A stretch of 64,000 bases of DNA from Eubacteriales bacterium (GTDB lineage Bacteria > Bacillota > Clostridia > Oscillospirales > SIG627), in NCBI GenBank assembly GCA_045602025.1, contig JAZSAT010000046.1:8778-72777 (forward strand), given 5' to 3'. Below, one piece after another: positions 28,951 to 38,969 of the stretch. A program made the position numbers and the translations under genes. Below the pieces are notes generated by a model. That model ran no database searches. It was given only the letters and a program-made list of their open reading frames with translations, and had not been told where the DNA came from. Within the stretch, counting starts at the first letter, position 1, and each line of letters starts with the position of its first letter.

Positions 28951-30837
28951 TTACCTCTCATTCATATTCAGATAAATCAAAAGAACCGTGATATCAGCAG
29001 GCGAAACACCTGAGATTCTTGAAGCTCTGCCGATATTTTCAGGTCTGATCTGAGAAAGCTTTTGACGAGCTTCCAGCCTCAATCCACCGATTTTATGATA
29101 ATCAATATCGGAGGGCAATTCCTTGGATTCCAACTTCCAGAACTGTTCTGCTTGCATTTTTTGACGCTTGATATAGCCTGCATATTTGATTTCAATTTCA
29201 GCTTTTCTGAAAACATCCTCTGAAAAATCAGGTCTCTTTTCATCAATCAATTTTAAATTCTCATATGTAATGCCGGGTCTTCGAAGCAAATCGCCGAGCT
29301 TTACCCCTACACTGACAGGCTGGCTGTCGAGAGAGGTTAAAAGATCATTGAGTTTTTGAGAAGGAGAAAAGAAAGTCTTCTCCGCTCTTTCGATCTCAGA
29401 ATCAATTTCTTCGAACTCTTTTTTCTTTAATAGATATTTTTCTTCGCTGATAAGACCGAATTTTCTGCCATATTCAATTAGGCGACGGTCCGCATTATCC
29501 TGTCTTAAAAGAAGCCTATATTCGCAGCGACTGGTCATCATTCGATACGGCTCATTGGTTCCCTTGGTAACAAGGTCATCGATCAACGTGCCGATGTAAC
29601 TGGATTCCCGTGTCAGAATAAAAGGATCTTCTCCAAGACAGCGAAGCGCAGCATTAATGCCAGCAATAAGCCCCTGACAGGCAGCCTCCTCATAGCCGCT
29701 GGTACCGTTGAACTGTCCCGCACCGAAAAGGCCGGGGTGCTCCTTAAATTCAAGTGTTTGCTTCAATTGAGTTGGATCAATACAATCATATTCGATTGCA
29801 TAAGCCGTTCTCATTACCTCGGCATTTTCAAGTCCTCGGATAGAACGGATCACCTCATTTTGAACATCCTCAGGCAAAGAGGAAGACAATCCCTGTACAT
29901 AGATTTCCTTGGTATCCTTCCCCATTGGCTCTAAAAACAGCTGATGTCTTTCTTTGTCGGGAAAGCGCATCACCTTGTCTTCAATACTCGGGCAATATCT
30001 TGGGCCTGTGCTTTTGATCTGACCGGAATAAAGGGGCGATCTGTCAATATTCTTCCGAATAATGTCGTGTGTTTTTTCATTGGTGTATACGACATAGCAC
30101 TTTTTCTGATTCATTTCAGAAAAAGCCACCTTATCCGTATCAAAAGAAAAACAGACAGGATCCGCATCTCCCTCCTGAATCTCACAAAGGTCATAATCAA
30201 TACTATCCGCGTGAATTCTGGCAGGCGTACCTGTTTTAAATCTGCGGAAAGAAATCCCCATTTTTTCAAGAGAAGAGGTAAGAAAATCTGCAGGATAAAA
30301 ATTATCAGGTCCCGCAGCGTAACTGATAGCACCTACAACAATATTAGATTTTAAATAGGTACCTGCACAAATAACAACGCTCTTGCAGCGATAAGAGGCT
30401 CCGAAACGCGTAATAACACAGTATTCCTCGTCATGCTTTTGGACTTCGCAAATTTCTGCTTGGATCAAACGAAGATTCTCAGTATTCTCACAGCAGATCT
30501 TCATATAGTGATGATAAGCTCTTCTGTCAGATTGCTGGCGGAGCGAATGAACAGCAGGCCCTTTGCCCAAATTCAGCATTCGGCTTTGTAGGGCATTGGC
30601 ATCTGCGGCTTTTCCCATTTCACCGCCCAAAGCATCGATCTCAAATACAAGATGACCCTTGCCGGTGCCGCCAATAGAAGGGTTACAAGGCATATTGCCC
30701 ACTGCTTCCAAAGACAGTGTAAACAAATTGGTCTTAACCCCCATTCTTGCAGCAGCAAGAGCTGCTTCAAGGCCTGCATGACCGGCTCCGATCACAGCAA
30801 CATCGCAAAAGCCGGCGTCAAAAATCTTATGTTCCAA
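28951..30837 (-). CDS. mnmG: tRNA uridine 5-carboxymethylaminomethyl modification enzyme MnmG (GidA)
   Basis: 628 aa. FAD motif DVAVIGAGHAGLEAALAAARMG, and the family motif TGPRYCPSIEDK. Confidence 0.93.
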   Translation of the reverse strand: MEHKIFDAGFCDVAVIGAGHAGLEAALAAARMGVKTNLFTLSLEAVGNMPCNPSIGGTGKGHLVFEIDALGGEMGKAADANALQSRMLNLGKGPAVHSLRQQSDRRAYHHYMKICCENTENLRLIQAEICEVQKHDEEYCVITRFGASYRCKSVVICAGTYLKSNIVVGAISYAAGPDNFYPADFLTSSLEKMGISFRRFKTGTPARIHADSIDYDLCEIQEGDADPVCFSFDTDKVAFSEMNQKKCYVVYTNEKTHDIIRKNIDRSPLYSGQIKSTGPRYCPSIEDKVMRFPDKERHQLFLEPMGKDTKEIYVQGLSSSLPEDVQNEVIRSIRGLENAEVMRTAYAIEYDCIDPTQLKQTLEFKEHPGLFGAGQFNGTSGYEEAACQGLIAGINAALRCLGEDPFILTRESSYIGTLIDDLVTKGTNEPYRMMTSRCEYRLLLRQDNADRRLIEYGRKFGLISEEKYLLKKKEFEEIDSEIERAEKTFFSPSQKLNDLLTSLDSQPVSVGVKLGDLLRRPGITYENLKLIDEKRPDFSEDVFRKAEIEIKYAGYIKRQKMQAEQFWKLESKELPSDIDYHKIGGLRLEARQKLSQIRPENIGRASRISGVSPADITVLLIYLNMNER

Positions 30838-30847
30838 AATTTACTCC

Positions 30848-32230
30848 TTATTTTCCAACACAAAACCGTGAGAAAACCTGATCTAAAATCATGTCACCTG
30901 CGCTTTTTCCATCGACCTCAAGTAAGGCAGACAGGGCTTCCTCTAAAGTCAGAGAAGCAACATCTTTTTCTCCGCTAGAGATCTGTTTGAAGGCAAGTTC
31001 CAAAAGCTCCTTCACCTTCTGCACTTCCGCTTTTTGACGCGCATTGATCAGAATACTTCCTTCTCGAAGCGCATCCGCATCCGTTATAAACATCTTTTCT
31101 ACTGCACCAAGAATATTTGGAACAGATTCTTCATTCCGGTAATCCAAATCAAATGTCAGATCGAAATTGGGAATTTGTGATGTATCAAGCTTTTGGTCCA
31201 AATCGCTTTTTGTAAAGACGCTGACAATCTTCTTATCCGAATTCTCTTTCAACTGAGAAAGAATAATCACATCATCCGAATCAAAAGGTCTCGAGAGATC
31301 AAAGAGCGCAAAAATCAGCTCTGCTTCCTCTAAAACACTAAGTGCCTTCTCGATGCCGATTTCTTCTACCTTATCAGAAGCATCGGAACGTACTCCTGCT
31401 GTATCGGCAAGATTTAAGAGAATGTCGCCTGCCTTTACCGGGTACTCGATCACATCCCTAGTCGTACCGGGAATCTCTGTTACAATTGCCTTGTTCTCAC
31501 CAAGAAGTGCATTGAAAAATGTACTTTTCCCAACATTTGGTTTTCCTACAATTACAGAAGGAATACCGGCGTTGATCGCTCTACCCATCTTGAATGTAAC
31601 AAGCAAGCGATCACAAGAATTAATACATTCTTGAATCAAAGAAAGCATTTCTCCATCCGACAAGGCCTGTAGATCCTCTTCCGGATAGTCAAGATACGCC
31701 CAAAGAGAAGAAGATACGGAGAGAATCTGTTCTGATAACGCACTGATTTTCTCAGACAATTTACCACGGCTCGTCTTAGAAGAAAGCTTTACAGCAGCTT
31801 CTGTTTTCGCATCCAAGAGATCGGCAATTCCTTCTGCTGAAGTCAGCGAAAGCTTTCCGTTCAAAAAAGCTCTTCTCGAAAACTCACCGGCTTTTGCAGG
31901 AACAGCACCTGCTGATATTACGGAAGAAAGCACCATTGCTGTAACGATCTCGCCCCCATGGCAAGCAATTTCAGCAACATTCTCTCCCGTAAAGGAATTG
32001 GGCGCAGAAAACAATGTCAAAAGACCGTCATCAATAATCTCTTTTCCATCAAAAGAGATTATATCACCGTAAGTTTGAAAACGGCTTTTGATCTCGCTGA
32101 ATTTTTTTGAACTCCGGGGACAAAAAACCTTTTCTGCAACAGAAAAAGCTTCCGGACCTGAAATACGGATCAGCGAAACGCCTCCCTTTCCTTTTGGAGT
32201 TGAAATCGCTGCAATCGTAGAAAAAATCAT
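30848..32230 (-). CDS. mnmE: tRNA modification GTPase MnmE (TrmE)
   Basis: 460 aa. G1 motif GKPNVGKST, G3 motif DTAG, and the C-terminal CVGK. Confidence 0.93.
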   Translation of the reverse strand: MIFSTIAAISTPKGKGGVSLIRISGPEAFSVAEKVFCPRSSKKFSEIKSRFQTYGDIISFDGKEIIDDGLLTLFSAPNSFTGENVAEIACHGGEIVTAMVLSSVISAGAVPAKAGEFSRRAFLNGKLSLTSAEGIADLLDAKTEAAVKLSSKTSRGKLSEKISALSEQILSVSSSLWAYLDYPEEDLQALSDGEMLSLIQECINSCDRLLVTFKMGRAINAGIPSVIVGKPNVGKSTFFNALLGENKAIVTEIPGTTRDVIEYPVKAGDILLNLADTAGVRSDASDKVEEIGIEKALSVLEEAELIFALFDLSRPFDSDDVIILSQLKENSDKKIVSVFTKSDLDQKLDTSQIPNFDLTFDLDYRNEESVPNILGAVEKMFITDADALREGSILINARQKAEVQKVKELLELAFKQISSGEKDVASLTLEEALSALLEVDGKSAGDMILDQVFSRFCVGK

Positions 32231-32278
32231 ACTTTGCCTTTCCGAATAAAAATAAGCGGCGGAAATCCGCCGCTTATT

Positions 32279-33076
32279 TTACAAATTCACCATTTCGGTA
32301 TCTTCCACATCGGCGAGATTAATATCTTCGATGCTCTTTGCTTTTACAATCGTACGAGGCTCTCTAACCGGATTATATTCATATACAACCTTCGGTTTTT
32401 CCTCGGTTTGCTCGGACTTGCTCTTAGGTCTTGTGTCTCTCTTGGGACCGCCAATCGGAGACATCACAACTCTGCGCTCATCACCGGAGCCGATGGAATG
32501 GGTTGTAACACCGCCAACCTCCTGAGCCTGAGAATGAATAATTCTTCTTTCGTAGGGACTCATAGGTTCAAAGGTTACATTTCTTCCGCTTTTCTTTACT
32601 CTGCCAGCGGTTTTGCGAGCCAAAGCACGCAAGGTATTCTCTCTCTTAGCTCTATAGTTCTCAATGTCGATAGACACTCTGACATAATCATCGCCATGTC
32701 GGTTGGTCACAAGGCTGAGCAAATACTGCAGAGAGTCAAGTACTTCGCCATGATGACCGATCAAAACGCCAAGGTCTTCTCCGACAAGAGAGTATGAAAG
32801 TTCACCGTTCTCCTTTTCTTCACAGTGGATGGTTGCCTCGATCTTTGCGTTGCGAATCAAAGTCTGCAAGAAATCATCTGTAGCATCCTTGATCGAGAGT
32901 GCATATCGAACAACGATTTTAGCATCGGAGGAACCGATACCGAGGAAACCTTTCTTAGGCTCTTCCAAAACAGTATAGTCGAGTTCTTCCGGTTTCTTTC
33001 CTAATTCCTGTGAAGCAAGGGCAAGGGCTTCTTCAATGCTTTTGGCCGAAAAAGTAGATTCTTTCATCAATGCCAC
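32279..33076 (-). CDS. jag: Jag/KhpB RNA-binding protein (Jag_N-KH-R3H)
   Basis: 265 aa. R3H-like element PMSPYERRIIH. Conserved position after yidC. Confidence 0.85.
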   Translation of the reverse strand: MALMKESTFSAKSIEEALALASQELGKKPEELDYTVLEEPKKGFLGIGSSDAKIVVRYALSIKDATDDFLQTLIRNAKIEATIHCEEKENGELSYSLVGEDLGVLIGHHGEVLDSLQYLLSLVTNRHGDDYVRVSIDIENYRAKRENTLRALARKTAGRVKKSGRNVTFEPMSPYERRIIHSQAQEVGGVTTHSIGSGDERRVVMSPIGGPKRDTRPKSKSEQTEEKPKVVYEYNPVREPRTIVKAKSIEDINLADVEDTEMVNL

Positions 33077-33090
33077 TTCCTTCCTGAAAT

Positions 33091-34326
33091 TTATTTTTCT
33101 TCGTCTTTCAAAGGAGCTTTTTCAATGATGTTCTTTTCATCAGACTCCTTCTTTTCCTTTAAAACCTTCTTTTCAGAGGTTGTAGAAACAGATTCATATT
33201 CATCGTCATCATCATAAACGAGCGATTTTTTCTTCTTACCGGTGGTAGCAGTATTACCCTTTTTCTTCTTCTGTTTTCCACCGTAAAGTCTTTCCGCTTC
33301 TCTCATCTCTTCGGGAGTGATCTCCTTAATAGGATAGATCTTGGAAAGTATGATCTGTTGAACAGGGCTTAAAATATTGGACATCATCCAATAAATACCA
33401 ACCGCTGCAGGAACCATAAATGAAATATACAAGCTAAATAAGGGCATGAAGATATTCATCATGCGCATTTGGCTTTTCATTTCAGCGGACTGCTCGGGCT
33501 GATAAGTAAACTTTCTCGTCAATGCCTGACCGAAATAAGAAGTAATCAGTGTCAAAACAGGAACAAGCAAAAGCATTTTTTTGCCGATTGCTTTATCCTT
33601 CAGCAAATCAAAACTGGGAGTCGTTCCAAGATCAAAGTCAGGGAATGCTTCCAGATTGGGAATCGAATCCATTACTTTATCAACTGAGATCTCATCGTCC
33701 TCAACGCGCTCGGAAAATGCTTTTTCAAAAGCCTTCTCGTTGTTCATAATGTAATTGATTACAACGATTTCGGAATTGTACTGATATTCACCCTTTTCAA
33801 GAGCTTTCTCAAAATCTTTATCCTTATGCTTATTGTTGACCTTCAAAATAGTTGCGATCTTTCTGTCGGCTTCTTTCCGGTCTGCATCCTCCTCATAGAC
33901 CATCTCCGCAACGGTAGACTGAACCTCAGAAACAGTGTCCTTGGGAAGTCCTGCGGTATAGGTCAAGGGCATTCTTACAACAGCGTATACTGCCAAAAGA
34001 ACGATCATCTGCAAAATCATGGGAAGACATCCACCGAGAGGACTGAAGTTTTCCTTCTGGTACATCTCCTGAATCTCGGTATTCATCTTCAGCTGAGTAG
34101 CACGGTCTGTCCTACCTGCATATTTCTTGCGAATTACATTTTCCTTCGGACGGAGAGCTGCCTGCTTTTGAGAGTTTTTCTGCTGCTTGATACCAAAGGG
34201 GAAAAGTACGATTTTCAGAACAACAGAAAAAGCTAAAATTGCGAGTAAATAGCTTCCGGTAAAAGAATAGAACCACTGGATCAACCATCCGAAAGGAACT
34301 CTGATAATATCAAATAATTGTGACAA
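33091..34326 (-). CDS. yidC: membrane protein insertase YidC/SpoIIIJ family
   Basis: Multi-TM protein with a K-rich C-terminal tail. I chose the TTG start at 34326, 9 nt after AAAGGAGGG and just past the yidD stop. Confidence 0.8.
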   Translation of the reverse strand: MSQLFDIIRVPFGWLIQWFYSFTGSYLLAILAFSVVLKIVLFPFGIKQQKNSQKQAALRPKENVIRKKYAGRTDRATQLKMNTEIQEMYQKENFSPLGGCLPMILQMIVLLAVYAVVRMPLTYTAGLPKDTVSEVQSTVAEMVYEEDADRKEADRKIATILKVNNKHKDKDFEKALEKGEYQYNSEIVVINYIMNNEKAFEKAFSERVEDDEISVDKVMDSIPNLEAFPDFDLGTTPSFDLLKDKAIGKKMLLLVPVLTLITSYFGQALTRKFTYQPEQSAEMKSQMRMMNIFMPLFSLYISFMVPAAVGIYWMMSNILSPVQQIILSKIYPIKEITPEEMREAERLYGGKQKKKKGNTATTGKKKKSLVYDDDDEYESVSTTSEKKVLKEKKESDEKNIIEKAPLKDEEK

Positions 34327-34327
34327 T

Positions 34328-34564
34328 TTATTTTTCCCTCCTTTTTGGGAAATCATCGGGAACGGGATCAAAGCCACCTTTCCCGAAGGGATTGCAACGC
34401 AAAATGCGCCATACGGTCAAAACCGTGCCCTTAAAAAAGCCATGCTTTTGATAAGCAGTAATGGCATAACTTGAGCACGTCGGATGAAATCGACAGCATG
34501 GACCGAACAGCGGCGAAATTATTTTTTGATACAACTTAATAAAAAAAATACAAATATGTTTCAA
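34328..34564 (-). CDS. yidD: membrane protein insertion efficiency factor YidD
   Basis: 78 aa containing [11 protein letters not shown], the YidD signature. Confidence 0.88.
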   Translation of the reverse strand: MKHICIFFIKLYQKIISPLFGPCCRFHPTCSSYAITAYQKHGFFKGTVLTVWRILRCNPFGKGGFDPVPDDFPKRREK

Positions 34565-34926
34565 TTTGGTTTTTCCTCAGAAAAAAGCTCAAGCTTTGAA
34601 AACGCTCTCTCCATATCCAAAAGAACATCCCCCATTTTTTTCTTTTCTTCCATGATTGCCGAACGAGCGACGATCACAATCAGATAAGGTTTTTGAAACA
34701 CACGGTCCCTGGTAGAAGCATAATAAGCTTCCCGAATCAGTCTTCTTGCCCGAGAACGCATAACAGCATTACCAATCTTTTTAGAAGTGGTAATGCCAAG
34801 ACGGGTTTTGTTGGTTTTGAAATTTCTGAGAACATAAACAACAATGTTTTTTTCAGAGACTTTTTTTCCTTTGGCATACACCTTGGAAAAAAGATGATTT
34901 TCTTTGATTGCTTCAATTCTCGCCAT
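34561..34926 (-). CDS. rnpA: ribonuclease P protein component
   Basis: 121 aa, basic, with the RNR-type motif [18 protein letters not shown]. Downstream of rpmH. Confidence 0.9.
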   Translation of the reverse strand: MARIEAIKENHLFSKVYAKGKKVSEKNIVVYVLRNFKTNKTRLGITTSKKIGNAVMRSRARRLIREAYYASTRDRVFQKPYLIVIVARSAIMEEKKKMGDVLLDMERAFSKLELFSEEKPN

Positions 34927-34960
34927 AACACCAAATCCGTTTCAAACGGTTAAGATATAG

Positions 34961-35009
34961 AAAAAACCACCGGTGTTCACAGAGATCTCCGAATAACGGT
35001 GGTTTTTTT
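34961..35009 (-). terminator. hairpin / attenuating terminator between rpmH and rnpA
   Basis: AAAAAACCACCG...CGGTGGTTTTTT inverted repeat with about a 24 nt loop. Confidence 0.45.
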
Positions 35010-35030
35010 ACTAAATCTCTCACGCAAGAA

Positions 35031-35165
35031 TTAATAGGTGAGTCTTGCTCTCATTTTTGCTCTGCGTCTTTTGAGCACCTTTCTTCCGTTTGCAGTCTTC
35101 ATTCTCTTGCGGAAACCATGCTCCATCTTTCTCTGACGCTTTTTGGGCTGATAAGTTCTGATCAT
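35031..35165 (-). CDS. rpmH: 50S ribosomal protein L34
   Basis: Hand translation gives [44 protein letters not shown]. Preceded by AAGGAGGTG. Below the size cutoff of the ORF track. Confidence 0.95.
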   Translation of the reverse strand: MIRTYQPKKRQRKMEHGFRKRMKTANGRKVLKRRRAKMRARLTY

Positions 35166-35208
35166 GTTTTGCACCTCCTTAGCCTAATGCGAAATTTTCA
35201 ACTAAATG

Positions 35209-35237
35209 ATTATAAAACAAAATGTTTGCAAAGTCAA
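35209..35237 (-). promoter_or_regulatory. sigma-A type promoter of rpmH
   Basis: Minus strand: TTGACT (35232-35237), 17 nt spacer, TATAAT (35209-35214). Confidence 0.65.
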
Positions 35238-35263
35238 TAGTTTTCCGAAAAATTAAACCAAAA

Positions 35264-36103
35264 TCAAGCATTTCTAAGTTTATGAAAATGCAAAAGTGCT
35301 GCACCAATCACAGTGCCAAAGTGAGCATTCTCCGGAAAAATAAAATTCATGTCAAACATTTTTCCCAAAGTACCAAAAACACTTCTTGCTTTTTTCATAG
35401 AAGAAAGCTTTCCGGTAAGCACAACATTTTTGATATTGAATCCACGGGCGGCAAATACACTGATCATACCAATGGTTTCAAAAACAAGATTGATAATTCC
35501 AAGTGCAAGATCTTCCCGTGTAGCAAGGTCAGAAAGCTTTCCGAAATTGGAAGCAGTAGTATCAAGATCCAAGGTCGGGCTAAGACTCTTTTTGGAAATA
35601 TCGGAAATACGAAGATCGATTTTTGAAATATCTCCATTTTCGGCCAAAGCCTCAAGATTATCCATATCGCGGATCCCAAGCATGGTTTCGGAAAGGCCAA
35701 AAAGTGTTCCGCCGCCAACACCTGTACCGCCAAGGTACTTCATATGATCCCCTTTTACATGAACAAGCGCAGTTCCGGTACCCATGCTGACGACAATTGC
35801 CTCTTCAAGCTCAGCAAGATACTGTCCTCCAAGACCGATACAGTCAAACTCTCGAACATGATGAGTAGGAATCCCATAAAGATCTTCATTGATATAGCTG
35901 CTTCCCGCACCGGTAACCATTACACATTCAACATCGGAAAGAGCAATTTTATGAAGAGAAGTAAATTTACCAAAAGCGCCGTAAATGGAAGAAACAGGAT
36001 CATCCGCCTTTACTGAAAGAGGCGCTATTAAATTGTTTTCTCCACGGAAACCGCAAATTTTTGTTGTGCTTCCGCCAATGTCAATACCAAGAATAATTCC
36101 CAC
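35264..36103 (-). CDS. coaW: type II pantothenate kinase (CoaW-like, ASKHA fold)
   Basis: 279 aa, ILGIDIGGSTTK...GGTGVGGGT...GTVIGA. This is an acetate/sugar kinase fold that resembles the Staphylococcus-type PanK. Confidence 0.65.
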   Translation of the reverse strand: MGIILGIDIGGSTTKICGFRGENNLIAPLSVKADDPVSSIYGAFGKFTSLHKIALSDVECVMVTGAGSSYINEDLYGIPTHHVREFDCIGLGGQYLAELEEAIVVSMGTGTALVHVKGDHMKYLGGTGVGGGTLFGLSETMLGIRDMDNLEALAENGDISKIDLRISDISKKSLSPTLDLDTTASNFGKLSDLATREDLALGIINLVFETIGMISVFAARGFNIKNVVLTGKLSSMKKARSVFGTLGKMFDMNFIFPENAHFGTVIGAALLHFHKLRNA

Positions 36104-36229
36104 GATTTTTCACCTCTTAAAATTCTTTTATAATTGTAGCACAAAAACACGATTCAGTCAAGGAAAGACGCGTATTTCTATAGACAAAAAGAGGTTCTGA
36201 GATTATAATAATTCACGGAGCGTGAAAAA

Positions 36230-37132
36230 ATGATTGAATTCGACAAATGCAACCTCTGCCCAAGAAACTGCGCGGTAAACAGAGATCAAACACTCGGCTA
36301 TTGCAGGGCAGAAAAAAATCTGAATATTGCAAAGGTTATGCTGCACCAATGGGAAGAGCCCGGAATCTGCTATCAAAACGGCAGCGGTGCCATCTTTTTC
36401 ACCGGTTGTCAGATGCACTGCGTTTTCTGCCAAAACCACAGTATTTCTGAAAGATCAAACGGAAAAAACTTGACTGTAGAGGAGCTTTCCGATGTTTTTC
36501 TTTCATTGCAAGATAAAGGAGCCTGTAACATTAACCTTGTTTCCCCAACTCCTTATGCAAACGAGATTGTGAAGGCTCTTGAAATTGCAAAAACAAAGGG
36601 ACTGAATATTCCGGTGGTTTTTAATTCAGGCGGATACGAAAAAGAAGAAACACTCAAACTGTTTTCAGGGCTTGTTGACATTTATCTTCCCGATTTCAAG
36701 TTTTTTTCTCCGAATGTTTCAAAAAGATACGCAAAGGCCGAAAACTATTCCGAATACTGTAAAAAAGCCATTTTGGAAATGTACCGCCAAACAGGAGAGG
36801 TCCTCTGGGAAAACGGACATTTAAAAAAAGGCTTGATGATTCGCCATATGGTGCTTCCTAAAAACACAGATGACTCTTTGAATATCATCCGATGCATCAA
36901 GGAAATTTTACCTACCGACAAAATCATTCTTTCCGTTTTGAGGCAATACACACCAATGCAAAGCTCCATAGATTTTCCTGAAATTTCAAGGCCGATCACA
37001 ACACTCGAATATCAAAAAGTAGTTAACTTTGCGCAAAAGAATGGTTTTACAAATCTATATACACAAAAAAAAGACAGCATCGGCGAAAAATTTATTCCCG
37101 ATTTTTCTGTTTTCTACTATGAAAACAATTGA
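36230..37132 (+). CDS. radical SAM protein (PflX-like putative activase)
   Basis: 300 aa. N-terminal CNLCPRNC cluster plus the radical SAM motif CQMHCVFCQN. Confidence 0.75.
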   Translation: MIEFDKCNLCPRNCAVNRDQTLGYCRAEKNLNIAKVMLHQWEEPGICYQNGSGAIFFTGCQMHCVFCQNHSISERSNGKNLTVEELSDVFLSLQDKGACNINLVSPTPYANEIVKALEIAKTKGLNIPVVFNSGGYEKEETLKLFSGLVDIYLPDFKFFSPNVSKRYAKAENYSEYCKKAILEMYRQTGEVLWENGHLKKGLMIRHMVLPKNTDDSLNIIRCIKEILPTDKIILSVLRQYTPMQSSIDFPEISRPITTLEYQKVVNFAQKNGFTNLYTQKKDSIGEKFIPDFSVFYYENN

Positions 37133-37187
37133 CAAAGAATAGAACAAATGATAAAATTTCCCCATATTCGTTCCTTAGGAGGCACTT

Positions 37188-38159
37188 ATGAATATTGGTA
37201 TTTTTGGCTACGGTAACCTTGGAAAAGGCGTTGAAAAAGCCATTTTAAAAAACGATGATGCAACGCTTGTCGGAATCTTTACAAGAAGAGATCCCAAAAG
37301 CGTCAAATCCATTACAGGAGCACCTGTTTTTTCTGCGAATGAAATGGAAAAATTCAAGGACAAGATCGATGTGATGATCCTTTGCGGCGGAAGTGCGACC
37401 GACCTTGTGCACCAGACGCCCGAGGTTGTTAAACACTTTCATATTGTGGACAGTTTTGATACCCATGCAAAAATTCCCGAACACTTCGATAATGTAAATT
37501 CTGCGGCAAAATCAAGCGGAAAAATCGGCGTGATCTCCTGCGGCTGGGATCCCGGTATGTTCTCGATCCAAAGGGTATACGCGCAAGCAATACTCCCCGA
37601 TGGAAACGATTATACATTTTGGGGAAAAGGTGTTAGCCAAGGACACTCTGATGCCATTCGTCGCATTGAGGGCGTACTTGATGCAAGGCAGTATACCGTC
37701 CCTGTACCCGCAGCCCTGGATAAGGTACGCAGCGGTTCAAACCCTTCCCTTTCCACAAGAGAAAAGCACACAAGGGAGTGCTTTGTTGTAGCAAAAGAGG
37801 GCGCAGACCTTGATCGAATTGAAAAAGAAATCAAGGAAATGCCTAACTATTTTTCCGATTACGATACCACTGTTACTTTCATTTCAAAAGAAGAATTGAT
37901 GCGAGACCATGCCAATCTTCCCCACGGTGGATTTGTGATCCGCACCGGTGAAACTTCCGATGGCAATAAGCAAATGATCGAATATCGCTTAAAGCTTGAT
38001 TCCAATCCGGAATTTACAGGCAGTGTCCTTTTAGCCTGTGCAAGAGCAGCCCTGAAGCTTTCTGCCGACGGACTTTCCGGAGCAAAGACTATTTTGGATC
38101 TTCCTCCTTCTTACCTCTCTTCCGTTTCACCTGAAGAATTAAGAAAGCATAGCGTATAA
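37188..38159 (+). CDS. ddh: meso-diaminopimelate D-dehydrogenase
   Basis: 323 aa, MNIGIFGYGNLGKGVE...WDPGMFS...GVSQGHSDA, typical Ddh motifs. Confidence 0.85.
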   Translation: MNIGIFGYGNLGKGVEKAILKNDDATLVGIFTRRDPKSVKSITGAPVFSANEMEKFKDKIDVMILCGGSATDLVHQTPEVVKHFHIVDSFDTHAKIPEHFDNVNSAAKSSGKIGVISCGWDPGMFSIQRVYAQAILPDGNDYTFWGKGVSQGHSDAIRRIEGVLDARQYTVPVPAALDKVRSGSNPSLSTREKHTRECFVVAKEGADLDRIEKEIKEMPNYFSDYDTTVTFISKEELMRDHANLPHGGFVIRTGETSDGNKQMIEYRLKLDSNPEFTGSVLLACARAALKLSADGLSGAKTILDLPPSYLSSVSPEELRKHSV

Positions 38160-38161
38160 CA

Positions 38162-38193
38162 AAAAACATCTGCAGAAATCTGCAGATGTTTTT
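38162..38193. terminator. bidirectional intrinsic terminator
   Basis: AAAAACATCTGCAG-AAAT-CTGCAGATGTTTTT. Confidence 0.75.
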
Positions 38194-38195
38194 CT

Positions 38196-38969
38196 TTATT
38201 TTCGATTCTTGTAGTAAATCAGGCCAAGCCCCTTTAAAAGGAGCTTTTCATCCTCAATGATATGATATCGGCTGAAAGGACAGATAACTTTCCCAAGTCC
38301 TCCGGTGGATACAACCGTTTTCGGAACAGAACCGAGTTCATCCGAGAAGCGATCCAAAATTCCATCGATCGCACCGGCTGTGCCGTAGATAATTCCGGAA
38401 CGCATACTTTCGACGGTGGAAGAGGAAATCGCTTTTTTAGGAGCAGAAATATCGATTTTCGGCAAAAGCGAGGTGCCCTCGGTAAGAGCCTGTAAAGAAA
38501 TTTTCACTCCCGGAAGAATCGCACCGCCAATATACTTGCCATCCTGATTCACACAAGTTAGGGTCGTTGCAGTACCCATATCAATGATCACACACGGGAG
38601 CGGATAAATTTCTTTCGCTGCAACTGCGGTTGCCACAAGATCGGAAGCAATCGTGCCCGGATCATCAATACAGATATGAAGACCGGTTTTTACACCGGCA
38701 CCCACTACAAGAGCTTCTTTTTCGATCAAAAGTTTTACCGCTTCCCTCATCACCTCCGTAACAGGAGGAACAACAGAAGAAATAATCGCACCCTCAAACT
38801 GCATTTCAGAAAGCTTTACAAGATCAAAGATTTGTTTTATCTTTGCTGCATAACTAAAAGATGTTTCTCTGGTATCAGTAGGAATACTCAATAAATTTGA
38901 TATATTCTTATTTTCATCCACACAGCCAAAGGTCGTATGTGTGTTTCCGACATTAATTGCGAGGATCAT
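38196..38969 (-). CDS. coaX: type III pantothenate kinase
   Basis: 257 aa, MILAINVGNTHTTFG...IIDMGTATT..., the CoaX/Baf signature. Confidence 0.88.
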   Translation of the reverse strand: MILAINVGNTHTTFGCVDENKNISNLLSIPTDTRETSFSYAAKIKQIFDLVKLSEMQFEGAIISSVVPPVTEVMREAVKLLIEKEALVVGAGVKTGLHICIDDPGTIASDLVATAVAAKEIYPLPCVIIDMGTATTLTCVNQDGKYIGGAILPGVKISLQALTEGTSLLPKIDISAPKKAISSSTVESMRSGIIYGTAGAIDGILDRFSDELGSVPKTVVSTGGLGKVICPFSRYHIIEDEKLLLKGLGLIYYKNRK

